DNA of 64,000 bases from Eledone cirrhosa (taxonomy: Eukaryota). This document shows, one piece after another, positions 62,019-64,000 of this stretch. Position 1 is the stretch's first letter. Each line of letters starts with the position of its first letter. Position numbers and translations under genes: made by a program. The DNA lies in NCBI GenBank assembly GCA_964016885.1, contig OZ024759.1:7812001-7876000 (forward strand). The letters are read 5' to 3'. The notes under the pieces are model-generated. The model was given only the letters and a program-made list of their open reading frames with translations. It was not told the DNA's origin and did no database searches.

Positions 62019-62578
62019 TATATTAGCATCATGACCCTATATATATATATCTTATATTAGCAGTATGACCCTATATAATGTATATTTTGAGAGGGTCATT
62101 TTGCCAATTGAACACATGCACCATAAAACTTTCACTTTATCTTTTTCCTTCCATCAAATTTCTTTCAGCACACCAATCTGTGACTTCCTCAATGACTCTC
62201 AATTTTTTGTGGCGCTTCTTTTTCTGGTCATATTTCTATTTCATCCCGTTATTTCGTTTCGTGGTGCGTTTTTCATTTTTGTGAATGCGTTTGCATCAGT
62301 GCTTTAATCTGTGTGTGTGTGTATGTATTTGTCATGTTTATGTGTGCTTTAAGCGTATGTGGGTTTTTATCGTTAGTTGTTTTGCTGTTTTTGTCTTTTT
62401 CTTTTTCTCTCTCTTTCCTTATTCTGTTATCAGTCCTTTTGTTTTCTGTTCAGGCTCGGTTTATTTTCTATTATGTGGGTGGCCTCTGTATATTCATGTG
62501 TTTACACAGACATATGTAACCCCTACACATACACATAATGACTTCTAAATGTTTTAACATTTCTCTCTCTTTCCCCAG

Positions 62579-62704
62579 CATCGTCTGAAACCTGGCCGTA
62601 TTCTTCTTGTTGACACCCAGGAGAAGTCTTTTACTCTCCAAGATGATGCAATCAAATCTAAAATATCCCAAATTCACCCTGTCATGAAATGGTTGGATGA
62701 AGAA
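62579..62704 (+). CDS. GLT1: Glutamate synthase exon I
   Basis: ttccccag|CAT...GAAGAA|gtaagc; HRLKPGRILLVDTQEK...KWLDEE (RLxPGxxLLVDT motif); gene continues beyond the window. Confidence 0.93.
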
Positions 62705-62754
62705 GTAAGCATTTTTTCTTATCTTATCTCTCTCTCTATATATATATATAGATA

Positions 62755-63132
<378 letters not shown>

Positions 63133-63216
63133 GAAGTAGGAACTGGGCATATCAGAGTATTGACAAAGTTATACACCTCAACAACATGCGTACTCGTCTC
63201 TACCACACTAATTCGG

Positions 63217-63271
63217 ACTGCCTGAAGAGGTCACAGCCAAAGATGGCTGTCACCGAAATATATATAGCAGT
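63217..63271 (+). ncRNA. Minimal type I hammerhead ribozyme
   Basis: actgc-CTGAAGA-ggtcacagcca aaga tggctgtcacc-GAAA-tatata-TA-gcagt; perfect stem I, long stem II, intact core. Confidence 0.82.
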
Positions 63272-63425
63272 AATAAACAAAGCCAAATTTTAAACATTTG
63301 ACTTATTTATTTTAGTTTATTATATATATATATATAATGGAAAAATTTGAACAGGAACAAAACAGAGAGGCAGTACAACGAAGGTTTATTAATTTCATAG
63401 AGGTAATATATATAACATAGAGGTA

Positions 63426-63820
63426 ATCATCATCATCATCATCATCATCATTTCATTTTACGTCTGCTTTTCCCTGCTTGCAAGGGTGGGACGGGAACTG
63501 ATTCTGGCTTGATTTCTACAGCTGGATGCCCTTCCTAACACCAACCTCATTTACAGTGAGTGCTGGGTGCTTTTTCGTGGCGCCTACACGTCCACTTTAC
63601 AGTGAGTGCTGGGTGATTTTTTTGCCGTGGCACCTCCACGACCACTTTGCAGTGGAATGATAGGGACCCCAGTCCCTATCATCTCATTTCTACAGCTGAG
63701 TAAACTGGAGCAATGTGAAATACAGTGTCTTGTTCAAGGAAACAACACATCACCCGGTCTGAGGATTGAACTCACAACCTTTCGATTGCAATCCCAATGC
63801 TCTAACCACTAAGCCATGTG

Positions 63821-63823
<3 letters not shown>
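63426..63823 (-). mobile_element. tRNA-derived SINE with RTE tail
   Basis: Reverse complement of 36466-36800 with one extra tail repeat. Confidence 0.9.
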
Positions 63824-63903
<80 letters not shown>

Positions 63904-64000
63904 ATATATATATATTACCTCTATGTTTACATATGAATGGTTGTTGCTACTATTCTTGTTGATGTTGTAATACTAACGGCAACTTCTCACTTTACTTTTC

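Noticed and set aside
63980-64000. Possible next splice acceptor
   Set aside because: A pyrimidine tract runs to the window edge, but the AG and exon are not visible.

Overview
This is eukaryotic, intron-rich animal DNA, probably a cephalopod (octopus-like). That assignment is inferred from the SINE/RTE families and the extreme (TA)n load. The window holds nine in-frame + strand exons (1,105 coding bp over about 62.5 kb) of a glutamate synthase (GOGAT/GLT1-type) gene, covering the N-terminal amidotransferase region. The introns contain RTE-clade LINEs (one with an intact APE-RT ORF carrying a PHD-type finger), CR1- and RTEX-like fragments, tRNA-derived SINEs, TTAA-ended MITEs, microsatellites and many minisatellites. 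They also contain Penelope-like element remnants with GIY-YIG fragments, fold-back repeats and minimal type I hammerhead ribozymes. The most unusual observation is that the gene's own splice sites have been tandemly amplified: 13 decoy copies of one 3' splice site (each an AG|GT junction resembling a recursive splice site), about 80 decoy copies of one 5' splice site, and a duplicated exon end. Several other satellites can be traced to fragments of the local transposons.
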